In this document: positions 37,957 to 50,439 of the stretch, one piece after another | Numbering within the stretch: the stretch's first letter is position 1 | How the letters are laid out: each line of letters opens with the position of its first letter | NCBI GenBank assembly: GCA_035221665.1 | Contig: CM069137.1 | Span: 29,946,001-30,010,000, forward strand | DNA length: 64,000 bases | DNA from: Okamejei kenojei | Lineage: Eukaryota | Reading direction: 5' to 3' | Notes under the pieces: generated by a model | Databases searched by the model: none | Seen by the model: only the letters and a program-made list of their open reading frames with translations | Told to the model about the DNA's origin: nothing | Position numbers and translations under genes: made by a program

Positions 37957-40295
37957 CACATTGACTACAAAACAGATCAGTGTGTCCATATACCATTATA
38001 TACGTAAATACACACATGAATAAATAAATTGATAAAGTTCAAATAACAGATAAAGGGGTATTAATGTTCAGAGTTTTGATCGAGCCAAGTTTAATAGCCT
38101 GATGGGCTATTAAGGGAAGTAGCTATTCCTGAACCTGGTCGTTGCAGTCCTCAGGCTCCTGTACCTTCTATCTGAAGGTAGCAGGGAGATGAGTGTACGG
38201 CCAGGATGGTGTGGGTCCTTGATGATGCTGCCAGCCTTTTTGAGACAACGACTGCGATAGATCCCCTCGATGGAAGGGAGGTCAGAGCCGATGATGGACT
38301 GGGCAGTGTTTACTTCTTTTTGTAGTATTTTCCTCTCCGGGGCGCTCAAGTTGCCGAACCAAGCCATGATACACCCGGTCAGCATGCTCTCTACTGTGCA
38401 CCTGTAGAAGTTAGAGAGAGTCCTCCTTGACAGACCGACTCTCCGTAATCTTCTCAGGAAGTAGAGGCGCTGATGAGCTTTCTTAATAATTGCATCTGTG
38501 TTCTCGGGCCAGGAAAGATCTTCAGAGATGTGCACGCCCAGCTCTTGACCCTTCCAACCATCAACCCTTTGATATAAACAGGGCTGTGGGTCCCCATCCT
38601 ACTCCTTCCAAAGTCCACAATCAGTTCCTTGGTTTTGCTGGTGTTGGGGGCCAGGTTATTGTGCTGGCACCATATGGACAGTCGCTCGATCTCTCTTCTA
38701 TACTCTGACTCATCCCCATCAGTGATACGTCCTACAACAGTGGTGTCGTCAGTGAACTTGATGATGGAGTTCGCACTATGACCGGCTATGCAGTCATTAG
38801 TATAGAGTGAGTACAACAGGGGGCTGAGCACGCAGCCTTGAGGTGCTCCCGTGCTGATAGTTATCAAGTCTGACACATTACCACCAATATGAACAGACTG
38901 TGGTCTGTGAATGAGGAATTTGAGGATCCAATTGCAGAGGGATGCACAGAGACCTAGTTCTGCGAGTTTGGTAACCAGCTTGGAAGGGATGATTGTGTTA
39001 AATGCCGAGCTGTAATCGATGAATAACAGCCTGACATATGAGTTTTTGTTGTCCAAGTGGTCCAGAGCGGAGTGAAGGGCCAGCAAGATCACATCCACCG
39101 TTGATCTGTTGTGGCAGTAAGCGAACTGCAGTGGGTCCAGGTTTTTGTCGAGGTAGGAATTGATTTGCGCCATGATCAACCTCTCAAAGTACTTCATCAC
39201 CACAGGCGTTAGCGCCACTGGTTGATAGTCATTGAAGCACGTCACCTTGCTCTTCTTGGGCACCGGTATTATTGATGCCCTTTTGAAGCAGGTGGGAACC
39301 TCAGACCTCAGAAGTGACAAGTTGAAAATGTCCGTAGAAACTCCAGCCAGTTGGTCCGCATAGGTTTATAGAACACGACCAGGTATACTATCAGGTCCAG
39401 GCGCTTTTCAAGGGATCACCCTCTGAAGGATTTCCTGACGTTTTGAGACCTATTTGAGACCTACTTTACCTTTGACGTATAATGAATATTTTTGTTTTAA
39501 GTATCAATGTGAAGAAATTGTTGTGGTTTCATCTTTGTTCATCATGGTTCATTCATTGGGGTTGACTTGTTATTTGCTGGGTCAAATCTAAACTATAAAA
39601 TCTACTTGATCTAATCTTTGGCTGTGTTGAAGAAAGTCAATTAAAAATAATCAGATGTTTTGATTAAAATATGGTACCATCCTATGCAAATTACATCAAA
39701 GTTAAACCAAATGCTTCTGTTTTCCCAATAGTTAACCAGAGGAAATTGTGTTTCATTAACAAACTAGATAGCAGACAAGTATAGCACCAGAGAAGGGTCA
39801 CTGAAGGTGATTGCTAAACACAACACAGAATTTTATTCAAAGCACAAACAAGATGAGTTGCAAATGTTACCTGCATTACATAGTTGCATATTTACATGTA
39901 AACGATCTTCAGAGAAACCTCTCAGGGTAAGATATCTTTGGTCGGGATTAAATCCACTTTGCACCTAAAATAAAGATAATCACCTAATATGGCCTGATTT
40001 ATCCACAACATTTCAGTGATTATCGGCAACCTCAAGACACCCATGCAAGTGGAGGTGAAAACTTTGTGACATAGACATTCTGCCACCTAGTACAACATTT
40101 GTGTCCTGCGATGCAATTCCTCTGATCATTAAAAACAATATAGTAAATTTACTGTTTTAATTGAAAAGTCCATGATTGTCTTTAAGAGTCTCGGGTGTCT
40201 CTGACTTACCAATGCAGGGAGGCATTATGGTGACGTCCAAAGACATGCATTACATACTAATGCGATACTTTGAAGATTTTTATCGACACATGTAT

Positions 40296-41335
40296 TAGCA
40301 ATGTTACAAAATTTTGAGATTTTAAAAATCAAGTCTGCAATTTATCCCATCAGATAAAGCATAAAAATAAGTTTAATTTGACACCTAATTCACTTTCATA
40401 TCTTCAGTATTTAAAAAGTTATGGCCATTTTCATACTCGGAAATTAGCAACTTGCTTCCTATTGCTTTTCTATTGACTTAACACAAAAGTTGTGATCGAG
40501 GACAGTCAAAAGCCCATAACTTTCTTAAAAATTAATAGAACTGAAACAAATTTTCAGTTATTATAGATTGAAGTATTCTGAAACAAATATGAAACAATCT
40601 TACTTGGATGACCTGAAATTAGTTACCCAATTGTACCTAATTACAAAATTCAATTACTAGATCTAAACATCTATCCATTTCTTAAGAAAAAATTTAATAA
40701 AAATTTAAAGCCTAAGTGTCCAATTAACATTCACACAATAATTCACAATATAACATGACTTTTTAAATCTAATTGTCATTAATTTATAGGCCAAATTGAA
40801 GGAATTTGGTGTTTAATGCCTGTAGATTAATGACCATTTAAATCAGCTTGCGAGTGGGATTTTCTGGAACGCGATGGATTAGAACGTTGCGGTTGCAGTG
40901 AATTTAAGCCCCATATCAGCAGGAAAAATTCTGCCTGTTCGAATGGGGAATAAATCACCTTTTCGCAACATTAAATGTTGATTAAGGTCATCTAAAAAAG
41001 CAGGTTTATATGTAAAAATAAACAGCTTTCACTTACCTGTCCCCTACATAAAATCCGTCCCCGTTGTCGGCGTTCACGGCATTAAGAGCTAATTTTTATT
41101 TTACTCCAGTGCTGAAATATTCGGGCTATTTATTAAAAAAAATTAACTTACCGGCTGTCGGAACGAATCTCCAGAAATAGATCGCACTCCGACAAAAGAA
41201 AGCTCCGGATGGCAAGGGAAAAAAACGCATTTTAACCCCCCCCCCCCCCCCCCCCCCCTTAAAGGCGCCAAAGTTGCGCACACGGCCAGTGACAGAACTG
41301 CAGCACCACTAAAGGTAAGTTTTGTAACATACCTA
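40296..41335. mobile_element. Non-autonomous DNA transposon, TAG...CTA termini, 7-bp TSD
   Basis: TIR tagcaatgttacaaaa vs reverse complement of the right end taggtatgttacaaaa (14/16). Perfect flanking duplication catgtat at 40289-40295 and 41336-41342. Confidence 0.85.
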
Positions 41336-41827
41336 CATGTATGCAGCACAGTAGCAGACATACATGGTTTACATGATCTTGCATCATTCCAAGGGATGTG
41401 TAATTCAATGCTGGGAATACCAGCTCTGCAGCCTCTTCTACATATTTAATGTGCAAGTTGGTTCTCCATTGGGCTCTCCATGTATACCCCAACCCCCAAC
41501 CAACTATGGTACCAATCTCTCCCCAATAGGTCATGAGGCTGATCTTTGCCCCTTAACATCAGGCTCCTGTGTTGTTACAACAAGGTCCATTGCAAATGAA
41601 TTATCAGAGTTAACATTTTGGGTCAAAGACAGAAACATTTATTTTGTTTTGTTTTCATGAATGGACTTTATTTTGTTGTTGTTTATTGTCTATTAACCAT
41701 CATCTGCAGTCATCAGCAATAATGGACATCACTTCTTCCGCTATGGTTTGTTTATAGTAAACCCTCATTATTACGGACCTTAGCGGAGGGAGTGGTGTCC
41801 ATTATTGTAGATGATGGTTGATGACAA

Positions 41828-41942
41828 AAGAACACAAAGTGCTGAAGTAATTCAGTGGGTCAGGATCTCTGGAGAATAGGTGACATCGGAACCCTTCCTC
41901 AGACTGGTTCAGTCGGCTAAGTTATTCTAGCATTTTGCGTTG
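41828..41942. mobile_element. Palindromic Penelope pLTR remnant
   Basis: acacaaagtgctgaagtaattcagtgggtc..cccttcctcagactg then gctaagttattctagcattttgcgt. Confidence 0.6.
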
Positions 41943-42591
41943 TTTCACTTTAAAACTAGGCGCGGTTACCATAGGGCTTCCAAGGTGAAGTATGTCAGCA
42001 ACTCTGGGGGAGGGGAAGGAAGCAGCGATGATGGTGGAGGGTTGGGGTAGGAGGAGAAGTGGTTGACTGAACAGAGCCACTGGAGAAGTAGGCGGCGGTG
42101 GTTGAGCGGGGAGCAGGGAATGCCACTGCTGACAGCAAGAAACATAAGCAGGTGAGAGGAGCTCGCTGGTGCACCTTGTGAGTTGGGAGTTGGATCAGGA
42201 ACGGAGCTCTAAACAGCCAGAGAGCGGTAGGAGCCAGGGATCGGTCGGCAGGTAATTGCATTCACATTCAGGTTACATTGCGGAGGGAGGCCGCTCAGGA
42301 AATTTCAACTGAGCTTGCGTAATTTCGTCCAATTATAGCAGGGACCAGAAAAATGAAATTGGTGTTCAACCTGTATTGTAGACAGAGAAGATGGTATCAA
42401 GAATTAAAATGGGGTTTTGTTCAGCTGGGCAAGTGGGCCAAGGAATGGCAAAAGGAATTGTTGGGGAATGTTGTAGATCAGAGAGACAGAGGTGCACAGA
42501 TTGATTAGTAGGACTGGATATTACAATCCCTAAGATTTCACTACAATTGACATTCTTGGGTATGACCACCAGGTGAATTTTGCTAACAATC

Positions 42592-42656
42592 AGACACATC
42601 TTCAGTTGTGTACCTCAACGTCACTGGGTGTTTCGGCCTTTTATCACAAGACACCC
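42592..42656 (-). ncRNA. Candidate non-circularly permuted (pseudoknotted) hammerhead ribozyme in the HERO 3' UTR
   Basis: Minus strand GGGUGU-C-UUGUG-auaaa-AGGCC-GAAA-CACCC-15nt-CACAA-CUGAAGA-U-GUGUCU. Stem III GGGUGU/ACACCC, stem I UUGUG/CACAA, weak stem II, both core boxes and a GUC site. Confidence 0.65.
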
Positions 42657-44761
42657 TCAGTCGAGGCAGGCCCACCGCAGGTTGATCAGACCTGGGTGTG
42701 TGTCTTATTGCTAGCTTCTAGATGGTCACGTGGCAGCCGAGACAGCATCTTTCCTCTTCAGCCACAGCCAGTGACTGCTCCGTTCGGCGACATTGGCAAG
42801 TTCTTTTATTGCCCTCCTTTGTGCCTGCCCTTTGACTCCTACTTTCCTCAGGAGCCTTGCGGTGGAACTGGCTACAAAGCCCCTGCACCCCACTTCCACT
42901 GGACACAATCTTACCCTCCAACCTCTTTCCTCTGCCTCTGCTGCAAGGTTTGAATATCAAAGCTTTTTCCTTTCATAAGCATCGTCCACAGCCTCCTCCC
43001 ATGGGACCGTCAGCTCAATGATGAAAACATGCCGACAGGAGTTGGACCAGAGAACGAGATCTGGTTGCAGGTTGGTAACTGCGATTTCAACTGGGAACAA
43101 AAGCCTCTGGCCTAGGTCAACACGCATTTCCCAGTCCCTGGATGTAGTCAGTGGGCATGAGTTGAGAGGTGAGGGGTTAGTCCTCCGTTTCTCTCCTTCC
43201 CGGATGAAGGATGGTATTTGTGGGAATGTTATCTGGGCATTGATAGGCATGGCGTTGGTGGTAACTCTCTTGCACTCGAGTTCAGCGGCCAAACACCTCA
43301 GCATCTGGTTGTGTCACCAGGTGTATCTGCATTGTATTAGGCTGGTCTTACAACCGACCAGGATGTGCTTGAGGTTTGCTGGAACTGCACACAGGGGGCA
43401 GGCTCGATCCTCTCCCAGCCAAAGATTTAGGTTTGTGGGAGAGGGAAGGACGTCATATGTGGCTCTGATAATGAAGCTCAACTTATTTGACTCCATGGTC
43501 CACAGCTCTCTCCATGTGATCTTCCTCCTCTCAACGCCATCCCACGTCATCCAGCGGCCTTGTTTGGCTTGAGATATGGCTTTGGCACACCGGGCTGCTT
43601 CATCCTGGTGGTGCACCTCCTCCACCACCAGGTGCAGACGTTCAGCGGGAGTAGCCTTTTGCCAGGTAGGTTTCATTGCTCCCAGGCCAAAGCCCCCTCG
43701 GCCTTGTTGGACATGGCCCACTATGTCCCGGTGTTGGAGGGTGGATTTTGCGTCCAGTACCACTGCTGCTGGAGTCCATTTTCTCCCTGTTGCTAGGGTT
43801 GGAGCGACACCTCTTATTAGTGGGTCCCGGGATTCTGTTAGTGTCATGTCCAGCCTCACTTTGGCACATTTGTACTCCTCCACTAGACTTGAGACTGGCA
43901 GTGAGAGGGCTCCATTCCCATAGAGCCCTATGCTGCTGAGGCTTCTCGGTAGCCCAAGCCACTTCCTCACGTGAGTTCACCAGTCTCTCCAGCTGGTTGA
44001 CATGGGATAAAGTGACTCATAGATGGTAATTGGCCACATGAGTCGGGGCAGTAGACCGAATTGCAGGCACCAAAGCTTCAGCTTCCCTGGGAGAGCAGCA
44101 TTGTTGATTTGCTTGAGACCACTGATTGTATTCTGCCTGAGTTGTTCCACCTGCTCTGCATCCCTGAGGTATGCGGTGTACCATTGCCCAAGGCTTTTGA
44201 CAGGCTTCTCCAGGACAGTTGGTATTGTCTCGTTATTGATGCGCAACCTTTCGTCAGTGAGCCGGCCTTTGACGATGGAAATACTGCAGGATTTGCTGGG
44301 TTTAATCTCCATTCGTGCCCATTTGATGTTTTCCTGGAGTTTATCCAGCAGGCATTTGGTGCATGCTTTTGTTGTTGTCATTGTGGTCATGTCATCCATG
44401 TACGCCCTGATTGGAGGAAGACGCAGCCCACTCTTCAAGCGTTCCCCTCCGACAACCCATCGTGATGCTCGAATGATGAGCTCCATTGCCATGGTGAAAA
44501 CCAGAGGAGAAATGGTACAGCCTGCCATTATGCCTACCTCAAGGTGCTGCCAGGCGGTGGTGCTGTCCTGTTTTGTGACGCAGAACTGGAGGTCCTGGAA
44601 GTAAGCTTTTACTAGCTTTGTGAAGACCTCTGGGACCTGGAAGAAAGTAAAAGCTGCCCAAAGAGTCTCATGGGGCACCGAACCAAAGGCATTGGCTAGA
44701 TCTAAGAAAACCACATGCAGATTTCTCTTTTCCTTCTTGACAGTTTGTATCTGGTGCCAGA

Positions 44762-46527
44762 CCAATTGAATAACTACTTTGGTTCTGTCTTCACCAAGGA
44801 AGACATAAATAATTTGCCGGAAATAGCAGGGGACCGCGGGTCAAATGAGATGGAAGAAATGAGTGAAATCCAGGTTAGCCGGAAAGTGGTGTTGGGTAAA
44901 TTGAATGGATTAAAGGCTGATAAATCCCCAGGGCCAGATACGCTGCATCCCAGGGTACTTAAGGAAGTAGCCTCAGAAATAGCAGATGCCTTAGTGATAA
45001 TTTTTCAAAACTCTTTAGATTCTGGAGTAGTTCCTGAGGATTGGAGGGTAGCTAATGTAACCCCACTTTTTAAAAAGAGAGGGAGAGAGAAAACGGGGAA
45101 TTACAGACCAGTTAGTCTAACATCGGTAGTGGGGAAACTGCTAGAGTCAATTATTAAAGATGGGATAGCAGCGCATTTGGAAAGTGGTGAAATCATTGGA
45201 CAAAGTCAGCATGGATTTACGAAGGGTAAATCATGTCTGACGAATCTTATTGAATTTTTTTTGAGGTTGTAACTAGTAGAGTGGATAAGGGAGAAGCAGT
45301 GGATGTGTTGTATCTGGACTTTCAGAAGGCTTTCGACAAGGTCCGACACAAGAGATTGGTATACAAACATTAAAGCACACGGTATTGGTGGTTCAGTATT
45401 GATGTGGATAGAGAACTGGCTGGCAGACAGGAAGCAAAGAGTAGGAGTGAACGGGTCCTTTTCAGGATGGCAGACAGTGACTAGTGGGGTGCCGCAAGGC
45501 TCAGTGCTGGGACCCCAGCTATTTACAATATACATTAATGATTTGGACGAGGGAATTAAATGCAACATCTCGAAGTTTGCGGATGACACGAAGCTGGGGG
45601 GCAGTGTTAGCTGTGAAGAGGATGCTAGGAGGCTGGAGGATGACTTGGATAGACTGGGTGAGTGGGCAAATGCATGGCAGATGCAGTATAATGTGGATAA
45701 ATTTGAGGTTATCCACTTTGGTGGCAAAAACAGGAAGGTAGACTATTATTTGAATGGTGACTGATTAGGAAAAGGGGTGATGCAGCGAGACCTGGGTGTC
45801 ATGGTACACCAGTCATTGAAAGTAGGCATGCAGGTGCAGCAGGCTGTGAAGAAAGCGAATGGTATGTTGGCATTCATAGCAAAAGGATTTGAGTACAAGA
45901 GCAGGGAGGTTCTACTGCAGTTGTACAGGGTCTTGGTGAGGCCACACCTGGAGTATTGCGTACAGTTTTGGTCTCCTAATCTGAGGAAAGACATTCTTGC
46001 CATAGGGGGAGTACAGAGAAGGTTCACCAGACTGATTCCTGGGATGGCACGACTTCCATATGAAGAAAGACTGGGTAGACTTGCCTTGTACTCGCTGGAA
46101 TTTAGAAGATTGAGGGGTGATCTCATAGAGACTTACAAAATTCTTAAGGGGTTGGACAGGCTAGATGCAGGAAGATTGTTCCAGATGTTGGGGAAGTCCA
46201 GGACAAGGGGTCACAGTTTAAGGATAAGGGGGAAGTCTTTTAGGACCGAGATGAGAAAATCGTTTTTCACACAGAGAGTGGTGAATCTGTGGAATTCTCT
46301 GCCACAGAAGGTAGTTGAGGCCAGTTCGTTGGCCATATTTAAGAGGGAGTTGGATGTGGCCCTTGTGGCTGAAGGGATCAGGGGGTATGGAGAGAAGGCA
46401 GGTACAGGATACTGTACCTGCCTTCTTTGAGTTGGATGATCAGCCATGATCATATTGAATGGCGGTGCAGGCTCGAAGGACCGAATGGCCTGCTCCTGCA
46501 CCTAATTTCTATGTTTCTATGTTTCTA
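44762..46527 (+). mobile_element. Young CR1 LINE, 5'-truncated, inserted into the HERO RT
   Basis: RT in ORFs 44715..45272, 45303..45764 (GVPQGSVLGP, KFADD) and 45777..46430. (ctatgttt)n tail at 46509-46528. Confidence 0.95.
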
Positions 46528-47545
46528 TGACGTTTGCATGTTCCAGACATCCTGAGAAACCACGTACCCCTGCTTTCTGCATTGACGTGTCAATGAAGTT
46601 GTTGCTCTGTAAAAATGCTGAGTCTTTGGACCACAACACCAAAGAAGATTTTTCCTTCCTCGTTCAGAAGGCTGATCTGTCCATCTGGTGCTCAGGTGGG
46701 TGGATAGGTGGCACGTCATCTGGAATGGTGACTGGCTCATGCCTCAGGTTGTCAGAGTACATCTTCCTCAGGTGCTCCTCCAGTTCCCTTACAGGTACAC
46801 TCAGGATCCTGCTCTTCTCCTTGACAAAGAGGCTTTTGACAAACTTATACGGATCTCTGCAGAAACTTGTCATTGCCCGCTCTTTCTTCTTGTGTTGCTT
46901 TCTCAGGCATTCTGCTCTTCGCAGGATTGCCAGGCGCTGCTTTATTTCTGCCTGCAGTGCCTCAAGTCCTTTCCTTTCTGCCTCTCTGGCCTTTCTCCAC
47001 TGTTTTCTCAGCTGCCTCCTTTCTTTCACCAGTCTTTTCATCTCCTGCTGCCTCCTGGACTTGTACTGGAGTGCTGGTTCCTTCTGTGTTTCATGACCTT
47101 CACCCCAAATCTCTCCGCCCAATAGTTGTATATGGTGTCTCCCATCTTCTCCAGGTTTCTTTACACTCATCCCTTCAATCCTTCCAGAAGATGGACGAGG
47201 TCAGTGTTAACGGTCTCCCACTCTTTCCTCTGGCAGGATTTAGGCCACAAGATTTGAGGCTTTTTCCCTTCCATTTTTCTTTCTACCGCTGACTGTGGCT
47301 GGTTGGGCTCTGGACTCGTGTCCGTTGGTGGTACTGTACCTGGTTGAGCTTCGCCTGGGGTGGTGATACCCTGTGGACTGTGGTGGTTATCCTGCCGCTG
47401 GGCTTCACTCGACTGACTTGGCCTGCCTCTTAGAAAGTAGTGGTCAATGCGAGGCCCTACACCAAGCTCCCTCAGGCACTTTTTCCTGCCCTGGTGGATC
47501 TTGAGGCCCTTCTCTGATGTTAACTTTTCCCAGCCACAGTTACAA

Positions 47546-48205
47546 GTATATATAGTTACCTGAAAGTGGCATTACATGGAGACAGTATGATGAAGAAGGC
47601 TTTTGGCATAATGGCCTTCCTCAGTAAGGCTAATGAGCATAGAAGCTGGGACATTATGTTGCAGTTGTACAAGATGTTGGTGATGCTGTATTTTGCGTTC
47701 AGTTTTTTGCCACCTTGCTTCAGGAAAGATGCCATTAAGGAGGAAAAAGTGAAGAAAAGGTTTACATGGGTATTACCAGGACTCGATTGATTGAGCTATA
47801 GAGAGAGATTGGATAGTTTAGGACTTTATTTCTTGGAGCACAGGATGCTGAGGGGGTGATCTGAGACAGATATAAAAAATTCACGAGGAGCATAGGCAGG
47901 GCAAATGCACACAGCCATTTCCCCTGGATCGGGGAATCCAGAAAGAGAGGGCATGGATTTAACGTGAGGGGTAAAGATTTAATAGGAACCTAAGGGGCAA
48001 CCTTTTCACACAGAGGCTGGCATATGTATGGAACGAACTGCCTGAGAAAATTGTTGAGGTAGGTGCAATAACAATAAAGGACATTTGGTCAGCTATATGG
48101 GTGGAAAAGATTTAGAGGTGTATGGATTAAACACAGGCAAATAGGATGAACATATGGAATCTTGCACGGCATGGATGTGATGAGCCAGATTCCATCTTGT
48201 ATGAT
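47546..48205 (+). mobile_element. Old CR1 3' fragment; upstream part at about 42375-42499, split by HERO
   Basis: LKVA..MMKKAFG..MLQLYKML in and around ORF 47566..47790. The left part has LGKWAKEW and NVVDQRD-like sequence. Confidence 0.75.
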
Positions 48206-49949
48206 TCTTTGAAATACAGAAGTGTTTAAGTAAAAAATTGATAGACACCATTGATAAGTTATCATGTGATCTGCTGGCTACCAGTAAAAGCTTTGCCAGA
48301 TACTGCATCAAACAAATTGCTTTTGTGTCTTTTACCTGAGATTGTTTGATTTAGGCATAATTTTCCTGTTGAGCAGTTCCGACACATTAAGCTTTTTGTA
48401 GCTATTTTTATGTTTTTTTCAGCGGTGGCAGCTGGTGTTAGTTAAGGGTCTCTTAAGGAATGTTAATGTGAGGTTCAACTATGCCAGAAATCTGTCTATC
48501 CTAACTGATGCAAACTGATTTCTTTCAGTAATGTACATTTGGGAAAACATCAGTACACTTTTGTACCTTTGAATGTGTTTACATTCCAGTCTCTGCTACT
48601 AGGATCAAGGCCATCCAATCAGTTGCACCTGGCACTTTCCCCTTTCTTTCTGGCAGAAAAGGCCAAACTTCCAACATGTTCACAGTCCTGACTGTAGTAG
48701 GCTGGCATAATTTTCTGCATTATTCTCAATTCCCTCAAGCTTGCTCTGAGCACATCTTATTCATGAGGCACCATCCCTGTTTCTTTCACCCCCATTCCCA
48801 TTGAACTGCTGATCATTCAACAACTTCTTGTGTTGCCTGCGTTGACTGATATTGTTGACAATTCTCTCCAATCTGACAATATCCTGTAGCTGACATTGGT
48901 AGTTATCCTGCAACCCCTCACTAAAACCTTTTAATCAGATTTCAGTCAACCACTCAATCTCTAAACTTCATTACCCCAAATCTTTTTTGAATGTATGGTT
49001 TCCCGAGACCAGGCTTTGAATTTTGTTTCAGAATGTTTTACTTTGTTTTTCTTAGATGAGTCCAAGTAGACTAAATTTCCAGTGAGAGAATGGAAGGGGA
49101 TGTGTCCTCTCTGCCAGGCTTCTCAAGTAGATAACTGAGTTATGCAAATTTATAATACTTTGAGGAATTGTTGACAATTCATCAATCAACTCACTCACGG
49201 AACCTACAGTGACTGGTTTATTATCTGGTGCAGGTTCTTCCAATTCAAGTCCTGGGAATTCAGCAAATGAAATACTAGCAAGAGTTTTTCCCAGCTGGCG
49301 AAATAATAGGAGCTTTACTCGAGTGTGTGTTTCGCTGAATAAATTCAATAGGCTGCATACAAGCAGTTCCATCTTGCATCAAATGACTCCGGCTTTTGAG
49401 TCCAAGGTGAATTTGTAGGGATTGCATGCATACCCAATATTTGACAGATCAAATTGTACTTGCATTGCTCTTAAGTAGTTTAGTTTGAAGATATTTAAAG
49501 GACTGTGATGAGTTTTCACATGTCAGGCATCACTTTGACCAAAACAAATGTAAAGTCTGTTACTACAGCAGTAGTTATTACGGCCTGGAGTATTTTAAGA
49601 TAAACAGCAATCCATCACTCTCATTGGAGGTCATAAACTCTGAAGAAGCAGGGGCCTGAACAAATTGTTTTTAATCACTGCTAGTGTTTAAGTAGATTGC
49701 AATGAATCATCAATTCCAAAACAAATTATAAATATTTATGCTAAATGCTTTAATAATATGCTTTAAAAGAACAATTTAAATCCTTAGAAATGTGCTTCGA
49801 GCCCGCTAAGAAAATTTTACAATAATCAGTATGCAAGAAAATTAAATGGATTGGCTGAGGATGAAAGTTTGTGGCCGATCTCATTAAACTCCATAAAGCA
49901 GATTATGTTAACATTGCTCCCTGATAGAATACAATGCCAGTTCCTAAAT

Positions 49950-50210
49950 ATAGAATCATAAAGCACAGACATAAGCTGTTTGGCCCACCATATCCATGCC
50001 AATTTATACTAATCTCATTTATCAGCACTTGATCCATAGCCTTCTATGCCTTGGTGATTCAAGTGCTCTTCCAGATTCTTAGAAAATGTAAGTATATGCT
50101 TCCACCATCCACTGTAGCCGTGTGTTCCAAATTCCAGCCATTCTCTGGGTGAAAAGGCCCTTTCACAAAGACACTCTAAGCATCTTACCCTTGCCCTAAA
50201 TCTTAGTTCA
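49950..50210 (-). mobile_element. CR1 3' fragment
   Basis: atagaatcata tail, ttggcccacc hairpin, GIEGYG C-terminus in ORF 50015..50257. Confidence 0.7.
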
Positions 50211-50286
50211 CGTAGTTCTGTTAGAATACAATAGATATTTTTTTTCTTTAGAAACATTGCGTTACAGAAAATAACCTTGTAAGAAC

Positions 50287-50425
50287 AGTTTAGTTTAGTT
50301 CAATTTAGAGATACAGCACAGAAACATGCCCTTCGGCACTTTAACACTATCCTACACTCACTAGGGACAAGTTTTACATTTATCAAGCCAATTTACCTAC
50401 AAACCTTTACATCTTTGGAATGAGA
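50287..50425 (-). mobile_element. HE1/V-SINE 3' fragment
   Basis: (agttt)n tail, agagatacagc..cactatcctacac..ctagggacaa..gccaatttacctacaaacc. Confidence 0.7.
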
Positions 50426-50439
50426 GATCCCTTGGTTAC

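Larger units (their letters stand above)
37738..39440 (-). mobile_element. Rex1/Babar-clade LINE, 5'-truncated
   Basis: RT ORFs 38454..39320 ([44 protein letters not shown]) and 38110..38535 ([13 protein letters not shown]). 3' tail at about 37740. Confidence 0.9.
42500..47545 (-). mobile_element. HERO-clade (R2-group, RLE-type) non-LTR retrotransposon, degenerate, split by a CR1
   Basis: N-terminal zinc finger CNCGW..GLKIHQGRKKC (about 47475-47545). RT motifs QKAGV.GFSGCLEH, VFLDLANAFGSVPH, GIMAGCTISP, AYMDD. CCHC knuckle CPLC..HILVGC. RLE motif PDLVLWS..IIELTVPWEE..AYERK. Ends WLWLKRK at about 42726 followed by a 3' UTR. Several frameshifts and stops. Confidence 0.9.

Noticed and set aside
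43018-44604. Long + strand ORFs (184, 193 aa) and 46527..47096
   Set aside because: Antisense shadows of the HERO coding sequence.
49052-49372. 106-aa minus-strand ORF in apparently unique sequence, with an acceptor-like ttttcttag at 49055 on the + strand
   Set aside because: In-frame stop three codons upstream, no recognisable domain, and + strand frames after the AG hit stops, so it is not the next VWDE exon.
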